Source of the DNA: the human T2T-CHM13v2.0 reference genome, Homo sapiens
Assembly (NCBI RefSeq): GCF_009914755.1
Contig: NC_060928.1
Direction: 5' to 3' (one strand)
Length of the DNA: 64,000 nucleotides
In this document: piece after piece, positions 23,320 to 36,077 of the stretch
How positions within the stretch are numbered: position 1 is the stretch's first letter
Layout of the letters: every line of letters starts with the position of its first letter
Program-made: the position numbers and the translations under genes
The notes under the pieces: model-generated
Seen by the model: the letters and a program-made list of their open reading frames with translations, nothing else
The model's database searches: none
Told to the model about the DNA's origin: nothing

Positions 23320-23915
23320 GTGGGTTTGATCGGCCCGTGCACTGGTGAGAGCATGCTAATATTGGCTCCAATAAAGAGCAAATCAGGGCCCTAGTCGACG
23401 CGTCTTATCACACAGTCAGAACTGATGGCTGCAGAAGTCATAAAGATCCCATTTAATCTCGCGCCTATCTATCACGCGGCTGCCTTCATCCTCTTTGTGC
23501 CGGGGTAATATGTGCTCATTACAAAAGCAAAACAGATCTGGCATGAATAAACGCAGGATGAAGTGCTCACTCGGAAAGTGACAGCATGATCAGTGGCGGC
23601 AGTAATCGCAGAGAATCGCGGGCTAAATTATTCCATAACCGTGATTTGAGGGGACAGCCCAGAGCACCCCACAGCTGCCTGCAGCACAGCGACGTGTCCT
23701 GATAAAACATCCTTCCCAATTTACGGGGCCGCGCTTGACTAATCTGCCTCCGCGCGCACACTGTCTAATCATGCCATCAGCACCGCGAGAAGGGGCTCAA
23801 TTGGGACTCCAATGAAAGGAGATTGGAAAACTACCCTCAATTGAAATTACATTTGTAAATGAGGCAGAGTTTTCTGTTCAGAGTGTGAACGTTACGGTAA
23901 ATCTGCTCCAGAAAG
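23320..23915. promoter_or_regulatory. Large (~600 bp) non-repeat island, strong candidate conserved enhancer
   Basis: CTTATCA (23404), GTCATAAA (23437), TAATCT (23454), TGATAA (23700), TTTACGG (23720); many retained CpGs in AT-balanced sequence. Confidence 0.68.
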
Positions 23916-24089
23916 TCGAAGAGGCGGCAGCGGTGGGCAGGCCGGGGACGCCGCAGGGGCGACTGGGACTGTGCCCCGGCTGGGGCCAGGGTCCACATTC
24001 TGGAGAGGTGCCCGGCACCATGCTGGCCCCTGGGGACAGCCCCAGGAGAGGAGAGGGGCTGTGGCGGAAGCCCGGAGAGTTGGGCCTAG

Positions 24090-24180
24090 TTTGTCAGACA
24101 TCAGACTTCACTTCCCACTCTGTAAAATGGGGCGCAGGGCGGCCTCCTTGAGGGAGGGGGTAAGACAGAACGAGGGGTGA
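24090..24180 (+). mobile_element. MIR fragment
   Basis: cttcacttcccactctgtaaaatgggg. Confidence 0.6.
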
Positions 24181-24779
24181 GTCAGAGCTTAGTTGGTCTC
24201 CTCTCTGCCTTCCAAGGGTGCCCCCGCCCCTCCCTCCCACACTGCACACTGTTCCCGGCCCCTCCCTCCCTCCAGCCCTCTGTGCATCTGGTAGTGTTCC
24301 GGGTCCTCTCTGAGGCAACTGAGCGGGTACGGTGGGGACAGGGGCACTTCCCGCACCAGGGTGTTGGGTCTGAGGCTGTCCTCGTGGTAGGGGAGGGCTG
24401 GACCCAGATCACCTGCCTGACCACGTGCTCAGGACATTAGCCAGGCACACTCACTGGGACACTGCAGGAGGGGAGCACACAGGGAGAGCAGAGGGGACCA
24501 TGTGCCAGACGAATGGACCTGCCCCCTCCAGGACAGTGGCGAACCCAGGGGAAGGTGGCCTTGGGCCCTGGAGGTCCTCTCCCAGACAGAGGCAGGGCCT
24601 GTGCTCAGGGCTCAGGGATGGCCATGCGGACCCCGCCAGCAGACGGAGCCTGGACGCCAGCAGCTCCCGTGGCCACAGGGTGCGGGGTGGTAGGGGGGCT
24701 ACTGCCTGCTGGTCTCACCTCGTGGACTGCTGGCCAGAGTGGCCCCAGCAGCAGCGGTGAGGTACCCAGCACCTCCTCA

Positions 24780-25110
24780 AAGGCCTTTATGTAAATCAAG
24801 TCCTAATTAGGCCATCCGGCGTTTGTGTAGAATATCATTTTTTTAATTACCAGCCCTGGGCAGGTTCCCCGGCTGCCTGTTGTGCGCCAATTACCATAAA
24901 TCCCCCGGTAACAATTAACAATGTTGGAGCGAGCTGCATGTATTTCCAATGTTATAATTATGCGCGGCGCTCTTGTTAATTGGCCTATCTGACTCTGTAC
25001 TTTTTATGCCGCTCATCTGCTCATTACCGCGGCCATTTAATTCAATTAGCACCTTAATTAGAGGGACAGCCTTGTCCAATGTCGGGGCCTTGTCAGGGAG
25101 CCGCCTGATG
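24780..25110. promoter_or_regulatory. Homeodomain-motif-dense island, strong candidate enhancer
   Basis: GTAAATCA (24791), CTAATTAG (24803), CCATAAATC (24894), AACAAT x2 (24910, 24917), P3 site TAATTCAATTA (25038-25048). Confidence 0.72.
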
Positions 25111-25444
25111 AGCAGAGACAAACACAGGCTCTGCCGGGACCAGGCAGCCGCAGGGCTGCGGGTCGGGGGCTGCAGGTGAGGGGCTGCGGGGGTGCAGGTG
25201 GGGGGCTGTGGGGGTGCTGCCCGGGGATGCTCTGGGGGTTCTCCCCATGCCCTTGACCCGGCTGCCCTTGCAGGCCGGGGTGAGCAGCCACAGCACGATT
25301 CCTGCCTGCGATTCCTGCCTGCCCTGAGCGCCTTCCCCTGCCACGACCTTCAGGCGCCTGGGAAGGTCTGCAGTCCTGGCTGTCAACACCCCCAGGCCCC
25401 CCCCAAGCCTGGACACGGCCCCCAGACCGGCACGATGTCCAGGC

Positions 25445-25578
25445 TAGGTTTTGTTTTGTGCCAGTCTATTGAAATCGCTATTCCCTGCCTATTAATTCTC
25501 CTAATTAGAATTAAATGAAGCATGCTAAATTGCTAGATTAACCAATAATTAAGCAGCCACTGCACTAAAACTGAACAC
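25445..25578. promoter_or_regulatory. Short TAAT-dense island
   Basis: attaatt, ctaattagaattaa, gattaa, taattaa in ~130 bp. Confidence 0.58.
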
Positions 25579-26004
25579 CCCGGGTGGCCTGCACCCCGTC
25601 TGCGTGCAAGTGCCAGGGGCGGGCGTGCCAGGCAGGAGGGGCCGACCAGCCTTGGGGACAGCGGTGCGTGCGTTGGCGCGAGCGTTGGCGTGAGAGCCGG
25701 TGTGGCCTGGAAGCTCTGCAGGAACGTGTGGGGGTAGGAGGTGAGGGGACCCTCAGTTACGGGGAGAGGGCATCACACGGGCCTTGCTGGGGGCAGAAGA
25801 TTTGTCGTGAGCGCGACAGACCCACTAGACTCTGCAGGTCCCCATGGGAAGCGCCCTGCCCTCCACGCCCACCTACGAGGTCGCGACCCCCCTACCCCGA
25901 ACCGCCCTCTGCAGACAACGAGGCTCGGAGGAGGCAAGCAGCGAACCAAAGCTCCCACCGTCACCAGGGAAGGGAGGGGAGGGCAGGGCAGGGAAGGGGC
26001 GGAG

Positions 26005-26172
26005 GAGGGGAGAGAAGAGGGGGAGAGGAGAGAAGAGGGGGAGGGGAGAGAAGAGGGGGAGGGGAGAGAAGAGGGGGAGGGGAGAGAAGAGGGGGAGGGG
26101 AGAGAAGAGGGGGAGGGGAGAGAAGAGGGGGAGGGGAGAGAAGAGGGGGAGGGGAGAGAAGAGGGGGAGGAG
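26005..26172. repeat. 18-bp pure-purine tandem repeat (ggggagagaagaggggga) x~9
   Basis: Directly visible, near-perfect copies. Confidence 0.97.
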
Positions 26173-26509
26173 AGGGGTCGCCTCTCGAGGCAGAGCAGGC
26201 GGGAAAGGGCGCGGCCCGGCTGCGACACCCCTAGGCCCCCCACCCCCGCAGGCGCAGAGCCGGGGCGCTCCCCCCATAGCACCGCCCGCCCTCCAGGCCG
26301 GAATCGAGGTCCCCTTCCCAGCGCTGCTGGACGCCCCTCCCGAGCGCTCCCGAATCCGACCAGCCCGGAGGCGGCTGCGCCTCCAGGGGCTCCCGTCAGG
26401 CCCCTGCCCCCCCTGCCCTCCCTGCCCTGGCGCGCCCCCGCCCCTAGCCGCCATCCCCGCCCGAGGGTCCCAGCCAGAGCCCCGGCCCCCGGCCCCGCCC
26501 GCGCCTGCT

Positions 26510-26528
26510 GGGCGCCCCCTGGTGGCCT
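26510..26528 (-). promoter_or_regulatory. CTCF binding motif
   Basis: Minus strand reads AGGCCACCAGGGGGCGCCC versus canonical TGGCCACCAGGGGGCGCTA; core CCACCAGGGGGCGC is exact. Confidence 0.8.
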
Positions 26529-26792
26529 CGGCTGGGCCCTGCCGCTGCGCCCACGGCCCTCGTGGGAGGCCCCTCCCTACCCCGGCCGCCCTCGGGCCCC
26601 CACGGTCTACTACCCCATGGGGACCGGCATGTCAAGCCCCTGCGTGGGCGCCTGCGCCACCCCCCCGCCCTCCGCACTCGCCCCCTTGTCCCAGCCCCGC
26701 GTCCTGGGGAGGAGGCTTGGGCCGCAGCCCAGCACCCAGAAGTGCAACGCGCACGGGTGGGGCCAGGCTCGAGTCAGCCGGTGACGCAGCCT

Positions 26793-26898
26793 CTGTGTGA
26801 CCAGGGCGGATGGCCCGACCTCTCTGAGCCCCCGTTTCCCCGCCTGTAAAAGGGGGTGGGGCTGCCTCCCAGCGCCGCTGCGAGGCGTGAGTGAGTTA
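26793..26898 (+). mobile_element. MIR, GC/CpG-enriched, inside the CpG island
   Basis: tgtgtgaccagggc...acctctctgagcccccgtttccccgcctgtaaaaggggg...gaggcgtgagtgagtta follows MIR consensus. Confidence 0.75.
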
Positions 26899-27134
26899 CG
26901 ACTCAGAACGCCCAGGTCCGAGGTGAGCACACGCGACACCCGCGAGCCACGGCCACGCGTGTCCCCAGGGCGCCTCCCGCCACGGGCTGGCCAGGAGTGT
27001 CCGCGCTGTGGGGATACGAAGGGGCGCGGCCCCAGCGCTGCGGGGCCCGCAGGGAGGGCGCAGGGGCCAAGCATCCGCCCCGGGGCATCCACCCATCAGG
27101 CCTCGCCGTAAACTTCCTCCTAACAGCCGCTCCT

Positions 27135-27425
27135 GCAGCCGGAAGATATTGACTCGAAGGAGAAACAATGGCAGGAATAAAATAAAAATTAAAAAGTTAA
27201 TTATCCTTTGTGTTTGTAATTTAATTAAAGATGCAGTAAAGTTTTACTGTTTTTCCAGGTGATGATGTTTAGAGCCCCGAGAAGCTATTTGTGCTGGTGA
27301 GATTAAAGTGCATTTTAAAATGTTCCTCCAGTACTTTCACATTTGTTGATAGATTTTTAAATTAAACTTTAAATTGTAATCTAAATTACCTCCAACAATT
27401 CATGGTCCCTGTAATGAACTCCCAC
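27135..27425. promoter_or_regulatory. Very AT-rich island inside CpG-rich region, strong candidate enhancer
   Basis: AACAATGG SOX (27164), P3 TAATTTAATTA (27217-27227), TAAT-ctaa-ATTA (27377-27388). Confidence 0.7.
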
Positions 27426-27739
27426 CGTTCCCGCTGTCATCCGTCGATGATGGAGTGCGAGCCGGGAGCTGCAGCCCCGCGGCCGCCGAACCAACCGCGG
27501 AGGCCAGGCAGCCTCGCCCCAGGGACCCCGCCCACGGCGCCCTACACCGGCGGCCAGTCAGGGAGGCCAACGCCGCGAGACGGAAGCAGCCATACCCCGC
27601 GGGCCACCAGTGTGGCCAGAAAAGATCTGCAGGGATGTGAGGGCAGCTCAGAGCTGAGATCTAAGGCTGGGGCAGAACCGGACGGCGCAACAAGCTAGGG
27701 AGAAAGCATCCCCGGCGCGGGGTGCACGGAGCCCCAGAC

Positions 27740-28575
27740 CCCACCCGCCTCCCGCCCGGACCCCGCCTCCACTCAGGGAGCCGGGCCCCACCTCCCGCCC
27801 TAGGCCCCGCCTCCCGCCCTAGGCCCCGCCTCCTACCTCGGGCCCCACCTCCCGCCTAGGCCCTGCCTCCTGCCCAGGCCCTGCCCCCAACTCAGGGCCC
27901 CGCCTCCCGCCCAGGCCACGCCTCCCACTGAGGACCCTGCCTCCCGCTCAGGGACCCGCCTCCTGCCCGAGCCCTCCCTCCCTCCCAGGTCCTGCCTCCC
28001 GTCCAGGTCCCCGCCTCCCACTCAAGGCCCCGCCTCCCACCCAGGCCCCGCCTCCCACTCAAGGCCCCGCCTCCCACCCAGGTCCCCCCCTCTAACCTGG
28101 GCCACGGCTCCCACTCAGGGCCCCGCCTCCCACCCAGGCACCGCCTCTCACCCAGGCCCCGCCTCCACTCAGGGCCCCGCCTCCCACCCAGGCCCCCCCT
28201 CTAACCTGGGCCACGGCTCCCACTCAGGGCCCCGCCTCCCACCCAGGCACCGCCTCTCACCCAGGCCCCGCCTCCACTCAGGGCCCCGCCTCCCACCCAG
28301 GCCCCCCCTCTAACCTGGGCCACGGCTCCCACTCAGGGCCCCGCCTCCCACCCAGGCACCGCCTCTCACCCAGGCCCCGCCTCCACTCAGGGCCCCGCCT
28401 CCCACCCAGGCCCCCCCTCTAACCTGGGCCACGGCTCCCACTCAGGGCCCCGCCTCCCACCCAGGCACCGCCTCTCACCCAGGTCCCGCCTCCACTCAGG
28501 GCCCCGCTTCCCACTCAGAGCCCCACCTCTGCTCAGGGCCCCGCCTGCGGCCCAGGCCCCGCCCCTCACCCTGGC
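27740..28575. repeat. GC-rich ~18-bp minisatellite with 109-bp higher-order repeat
   Basis: Monomer ggccccgcctcccac(t/c)ca; tctaacctgg at 28091, 28200, 28309, 28418. Confidence 0.95.
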
Positions 28576-28841
28576 CTCGCCTCCTGTGGTCTTGCATGCC
28601 ACAGTTGCTCAGACCAGACTTTCATCATAATGTCCCCTCCCTTACAGAAGTAGAAGTTAAAGACAAAACCAATTTTGAGTTTCCAATTTTCTCCAAATGT
28701 TCTAGAAATCGGTCATTTTCTTAAATATTTAACTGTTACCTGAATTTTCTCTTCCTCGTGGTCCTGCATATCTGGAATATTACTGGCAAAACCCAATTAG
28801 ACTTTTAAGACATGTATGTGTTTCTAAGCAGGCCAAATATC

Positions 28842-29144
28842 TTTTTTTGTTTTGTTTTGTTTTTAAGACAGAGCTTTGCTCTTGTCGCCCAGGCTGGAGT
28901 GCAATGGGGCAGTCTTGGCTCACTGCGACCTCTGCCTCTGGGTTCAAGCAATTCTCCTGCCCAGGCTCCCAAGTAACTGGGATTACAGGCACCCGCCACC
29001 ATACCCAGCTAATTTTTATATTTTTAGTAGAGACAGGGTTTCTCCATGTTGCCCTGGCTGGTCTCGAACTCCTGACCTCAGGTGATCTGCCCTCCTCATC
29101 CTCCCAAAGTGCTGGGATTACAGGCTTGAGCCACCATGCCCAGC
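28842..29144 (-). mobile_element. Alu (AluS-like), full length
   Basis: T tail, both monomers, ctcctgacctcaggtgatctgcc. Confidence 0.95.
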
Positions 29145-29145
29145 A

Positions 29146-29308
29146 TTTTTTTTTTTTGATATAGGGTCTTGCTCTGTCATCTGGGTGTGAGTGCAGTGGT
29201 GTGATCACAGCTCACTGCAGCCTCCTCCAACTCCTGAGCTCAAGTGATCCTCCTGCCTTGGACTCCCAAAGTGCTGGGATTACAGGTGTGAGCCATCACT
29301 CCCCACCC
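29146..29308 (-). mobile_element. Alu monomer / AluJ-like partial
   Basis: gtgatcacagctcactgcagcctc...ctcaagtgatcctcctgcc...gctgggattacagg. Confidence 0.88.
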
Positions 29309-29842
29309 AAAATTTCTTTACATCAGCCACACAGAGCTCCTTGACTACTTGAAGGCAGCACATGGCAAACAGCCGAACCTTGTCAGCAATCCAAGAAATG
29401 AGCTTTAGGACAGCAAGGAGACGCCATTCTCATGTCACGTTTCAGCGTTTACTACTGATATGATAAGAAGGGTCCCTGCCGTGGGGGCAGTGTGGCAGGG
29501 CAGATGCTCTGTGACCTATACTCCAGCCAGGCCACGGCCATCAGGGCATGCTGCCTAGCAGGGCTGGACAGAGTCCACGGCGTTCCTCCTGGACCCAGCT
29601 GAACGACACTCCCCTCCCTGCCACGGACGTCACCACCACCCCGCGGGGAAAGACCAGAAGGGCAGGGAGTGAGCCAGTGCCATGTATGCCACCTACACAG
29701 ACCCAAGAGAGAGTGGACGGGAGGCCCTGCACCCTGCACCCAGGCTGGGAAGACCAGGAGGAGGCTGGCGGCCCTGGCTGAGACCCCATTTGGAGGCTGA
29801 CCTTGGCCTCAGAGAGCCACCCAGCCCAAGATCAGTCCTCTC

Positions 29843-30123
29843 CCGCCTGCGATCTCAGCACTTTGGGAGGCCGAGGCGGGAGGAGCTCTTGAGCCCAGGA
29901 GTTCAAGACCAGCCTGGGCAAAATGGTGAGACCCCATCTCTACAAAAACAAAAATTAGCCAGGTGTGTGGTGGCGCACATCTGTAGTCCTAGCTACTAGA
30001 GAGGGTGAGACAGGAGGATCACTGGAGCCCAGGAGGTCGAGTCTGCCATGAACTATGTTCCCCACTGCACTCCAACATGGGCAACAGAGTGAGACCCTGT
30101 CTCAACTAAAGCAAAACAAAAAA
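29843..30123 (+). mobile_element. AluJ-like
   Basis: gagcccaggagttcaagaccagcctgggcaa; gaggatcactggagcccaggaggtcgag. Confidence 0.92.
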
Positions 30124-31049
30124 TAGCTACATATATAGGCAGGATCCAGAGAAAAACCTTGGGGTTGGATTTCTAGGTCCCAGATGAAGGGATCAGCCTG
30201 GATGAGCAAGAATGCATTGATTTGACGACTCTTTCTTGGTCATGAGAATTAACATCCTGTCAAGAACCTGGGTGATAGGGCAAACTCACTGCTAGTTGGC
30301 TCTTAGGAGCCTAAACAAAGTGATAGTTAACTCTCAGTGAAATGGCAATGTCCAGTTGTCCTGGGAGATGGCAAAGGGAGATGGGTGTGCTGGGTGAACA
30401 CACTGTGGGTGCCAGAGACCCAGCAAAATCATGTTCTCTGGGAGGGCCAGAGGCTGTCGAGAGTGCACTGGGGAGGGGACCAGCACCAAGAGGAGGTGGG
30501 CGGAGTGTCCTCTGCAGGCAGGGTACAGTTAGAGATGGGAGAAAAGCAAAGGAAGCGGGGTCCCAGGTCTGCCCCATGAAGAAGAGCGGGACCAGCAGGA
30601 GGCAAGGTGGCCACATCTTAGACCCAGCACAGGCCTAAGGCCAAAGTCACTGGTCAGAGGAGTCTCGTGTCTCCCTTGGGGAACGAGCCATTCACTGGCT
30701 TCCCTGTGCTTGATCTGTGCTCCCAGGAGGACAATAATCTCTGGTCTGTGCCAGCAGGGATCAAGCACTTTGCATGATCACCTCATGTGCTTCTCACACG
30801 TCTCATGTGCAGCTCCGGTTACAAGGCACAGCAAGTGTGCACAACCCTCCCAGTCCTGCAGCTCCCAGCAGCTCAGGTGGAGCCATCCTGGCCTTTGTGC
30901 TCCTGACCCTGCTGCTGTGCTCCGCCTGATACCTGTCCCTCCTCCCGGGGCTTGTGCGAGGATTGAAGCGTTAGTGTCGTTCTTGCCGGCTCATGGGTGG
31001 GCACCTGCCTGCTTTCACCACCTGCCGCCAGCTTGCTTTCCAGGAGACG

Positions 31050-31670
31050 TCCTCTCCAGCCAGAGGTTCTCCTTGGCCCACATCCTTGTCAATCCTGGGA
31101 ACTATACAATTATCTAATTTTTGCCTCTCTGATGGGTGCAGAGTTTATCTCACTGCTGTTTCCATTTGCGTCTTTCTGATCACTGGAGAAGCTGAACAAC
31201 CACTCCTTGTTTATCATCAGCCATTCAGGTTCTCTCTGAGAATCTCCTGTTCGTGTCTCTGCCCCTTTTTCTTTTGGAGGCCTTGTCTTCTTCAAGGTGA
31301 TTGATGGCTGTTTCCTGTGTATTCTATCAATCCCTTGTGGGTTTCAGATGTTGCGATATCATCTATTCCTCTGTCGTCCATTCATTAACATGGCCTATCG
31401 AATTCTTTGTCAAACAGAATCCTTCATTTTGATATATTCAAATCCATCCATTTTTCATCTTATGATTTGTTCTTTTGGAGTCTTGCTTAAGAAATATTTT
31501 CCTATCCAAGTCACAAAGAAATTCCACAGCATTTTCTCCTATGAGCCTACAGCTTTACTGTTTACATTTAGGTCCTGAATCTCTTATGTTTAGGTTTCTC
31601 TTTGTATATGGTATGAGGTAGGGATCCTGCCTTCCATTTTCCATAAAGTGAGGCAATTTTCCCAACATTA
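31050..31670 (-). mobile_element. Old L1M (L1ME-like) ORF2 3' region, decayed
   Basis: tatctcactgctgtttccatttgcgtctttctgatcactg and tttacatttaggtc...ttgtatatggtatgaggtaggg are typical antisense L1 ORF2. Confidence 0.8.
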
Positions 31671-32212
31671 TATGTTGCAGTTACTATTTCTGCATAACAA
31701 ATTATTCTACAACCTTGCATCTTAAAACAAGTATCTTAATTTGCTCACATTTTTGAGCATGAGTAACTTGGGAAAGGCTCAGCAAGGGCAGCTCTTATTT
31801 GGGAAGAGAGAAAGTGGCATGTGGCTGCACCTGGATGTCAGCTGGGGCTAGAGCCACCTGGGCTGGATGTCCCCATTGGCCACTCCCATGGCTGGCAATG
31901 GAGGCTGGCTGTCAGCTGGGAGCTTGGCTGGGCTGTCAACACAAATGCTTACATGTGGCCCCTCCAGCATGGCGGTCTTGAGACAGTCAGACTTTTTACT
32001 CTGTGCCTGGCTGCCCCTACGGCAAGTGTCCCAAGAGGACAGGCAGAGGCTGCATGGCCTTCTCTGACCTAGCCTCGAAAGTCATGCAGTGTCATTTGCA
32101 TTGCATTCTGTTGGTTACATGTAAGTCACAAGGGCCAATCCAGAGTTAAGGAGAGGAGACAGACTTCACCTTTCAGTGGGAGGAATGTCATGGTATTTGC
32201 AGACTTGTTTTT
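31671..32212 (-). mobile_element. MLT1 (G/H-like) LTR
   Basis: ttactatttctgcataacaaatta...ttaaaacaa...ccagcatggc...tctgacctagcctcgaaagtcatgcagtgtca. Confidence 0.8.
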
Positions 32213-32448
32213 TTAATTAATTAATTTTTTAACTGACTAAAATTATATATGTTTACTATGTACAAGATGATGTTTTGAAATATGCATACATTGTGGAATG
32301 GCTAAATTTAGCTAAGTAACAAATTTAGCTAAATAACCTCATATGCTTATCATTTTTTGTAGTGAGAACACAAAATCTACTCTCAATGACTTTCAACAAC
32401 ACAATATATGATTAATTATAGTCACACGTTGTACAGTAGATCTCTTGA

Positions 32449-32862
<414 letters not shown>

Positions 32863-32973
32863 TAGAGTCCACACATGAGTGGATCACGCAGTATTTGTCT
32901 TTCTGTGCCTAGCTTATTTTGCTGAACATAAGGTCCTCCATGTTCATCCACATTGTCAATAACAGGATTTCCT

Positions 32974-33277
32974 TCTCTTTGTTTCTGAGACAGGGTCTCA
33001 CTCTGTCACCCAGGCTAGAGTGCAGTAGCAATCTTGGCTTACTGCAGCCTTGACTTCCCAGGCTCAGGTGATCCTCCCACCTTGGCCTCCCAAGTAGCTG
33101 GGACTACAGGAATGCGCCACCACACCTGGCTAATTTGTGTGTGTGTGTGTGTATTTTTAGTACAGACAGGGTTTCACCATGTTGCTTGGGCTGGCTTTGA
33201 ACTCCTGGGATCAAGCAATCCTCCCGCCTCAGCCTCCCAAAGTGCTGGGATTATAGGCATGAGCCACCTCACCCAGC
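32974..33277 (-). mobile_element. AluJ-like with (TG)n in linker
   Basis: ggctcaggtgatcctcccacc; atcaagcaatcctcccgcc. Confidence 0.93.
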
Positions 33278-33435
33278 TTCCTTCTTTTTAAAGGCTGAGT
33301 AGTACTCAATTGTGTATATAGACCACATTTCCTTTATTCATCTGTCAATGGATACTTAGATTGATTCCATGTCTTGGCTGTTACAAATAGTACTATCATG
33401 AACATGGGCGTGCAGGTCTCTCTTGGTGAGACTGA

Positions 33436-34132
<697 letters not shown>

Positions 34133-34633
34133 TCACCAACACTTGTTATCTTTCATCTTTTTGATAGTAGCTGTTCTAAAAAGTGTCGGGTGATATCTCA
34201 CTGGGATTTTGATTTTGATTTCCCTGACTGTTCATGACACTGGGTGACTTTTTACAACCCGTTGGCCATTTGTGTGTCTTCTTTTGAGAAATGTCTACTT
34301 AGGTCCTTTGCCAATTTTTCAATCAGGTTATTTGTTTTCCTGCTATTGGGTTGTTTGAGTTCCTTGTATATTTTCGATATGAACCCCTCATCAGATGGGC
34401 AGTTTATAACCATTTTCTCCCATTCCACTGGTTGTCTCTTCACTCTGCTGATTGTTTCCTTTACTGTGCAAAAACTTTTTAGTGTGACATACTCCCAATT
34501 ATCTATTTTCTCTTTTGTTGCCTGTGCTTTTGGGGTCATATCCAAAAAATCATTACCCAGACCAATGTCATGAAGCTTTTCCCAAACCTGTTGCTTAAAA
34601 ACAGTAGGCATTTTTAAAACCTCTTCCCTTTCT

Positions 34634-34956
<323 letters not shown>

Positions 34957-35534
34957 TCACCCTGTGACATCAAGCTGCCACAAAAACATGGATTTATCAG
35001 GGGGAATCTGTCTTCAGTTTTATTATTTATTTGTTCCAGTGCCATTGGCGTACTGTTTTTATGTCTTTGTAGCATGTTTTAATACATTTTATAACCGTAG
35101 GCAATTTTAATAAATTTTAAATGATTGTATTTTAATTTATATTTAATATTTTAATAAATGTAGGGTAATTCCCCCTCCCTTTGCTCTTTTTCGAAGACTA
35201 AGATGTCCTTGTATCTTCATTTTTCAATGTACATTTTAAAATTAGTTTATTACACTTCTCAAAAATCTTTCATTTGAATTATATTTAATTTACAGATTAA
35301 TTCAGGGAATACTAGCATCCTTAATGCTAAGTCAGCCATCGGCGGCTGTGATGCAGCTCTGCTTTCATGCCCGCCTTTTCAGCAGACTGGGATTTTCCCA
35401 TTCTCCAAATAGGGTCTGGTGCGTCCTTCCTCAGGTGAATTCCTAGGTCCTCAATTGTTTCAACACTGTTGTGGTGGTTCCCCATTTGCAGTTTCTGTTT
35501 TCCCTCAGAACACTAGTGATGTTTGTAAGATAAT

Positions 35535-36077
35535 TGTGGTGGTTTACAAATATGCTCCCAGATTCTTCAGTGCCCTTCCCTTCAAGAGGTGGAGCTTAAT
35601 TCCACTCGCTTTGAGTGTGGGCTGTGCTTAGTGATCTCTTCTTATGAACAGAATGTGGCAGAAATGATGGTGCGTGACTGCCGAGAACTGGACATCAAAG
35701 GCCCTGTGGTGCCCTCCTTACTTGCTGGCTTCCAGGTCACTTGCTGGGGGTGGGGGCACCTGCTGTGTCATGAGGACATCCAAGTACGGGCAGGTCCACA
35801 TGGTCAGGAAAGAACCTTCCACCAATGCCAGTAAGGAGATGAGGTCTTCTATGAGTGAAGCTATCCTCAAGACGAATTCTCCAGCCCAGGCAAGCCTTCA
35901 GGTGACTTCAGCTCCAGCCAGCACTTCAATCTCAGCTTCCTGAGAGACCCTGAGCCAGAACCACCCAACTTAGCTGCTCCCAAGTGCCTGCTCCCATGCT
36001 TTGAAAAAATAAATGTTTATTGTTCTGAGCTGCTAAACTTGAGAGTAATTTATTATGCATAAATGGACAATGATACA
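35535..36077 (+). mobile_element. MLT1F-like solo LTR
   Basis: TG..CA termini; ttcaagaggtggagcttaattcc...ttgagtgtgggctg; tgagagaccctgagccagaaccaccca; aataaatgtttattgtt. Confidence 0.85.

Larger units (their letters stand above)
25590..27120. promoter_or_regulatory. CpG island (no gene evident; orphan-type)
   Basis: Visibly very high GC and CpG density; obs/exp ratio not computed. Confidence 0.8.

Noticed and set aside
25584-26800. Overlapping 200-350-aa ORFs in the CpG island
   Set aside because: Open in nearly all frames owing to GC content and the 18-bp repeat; no recognisable domain such as a homeobox or bHLH
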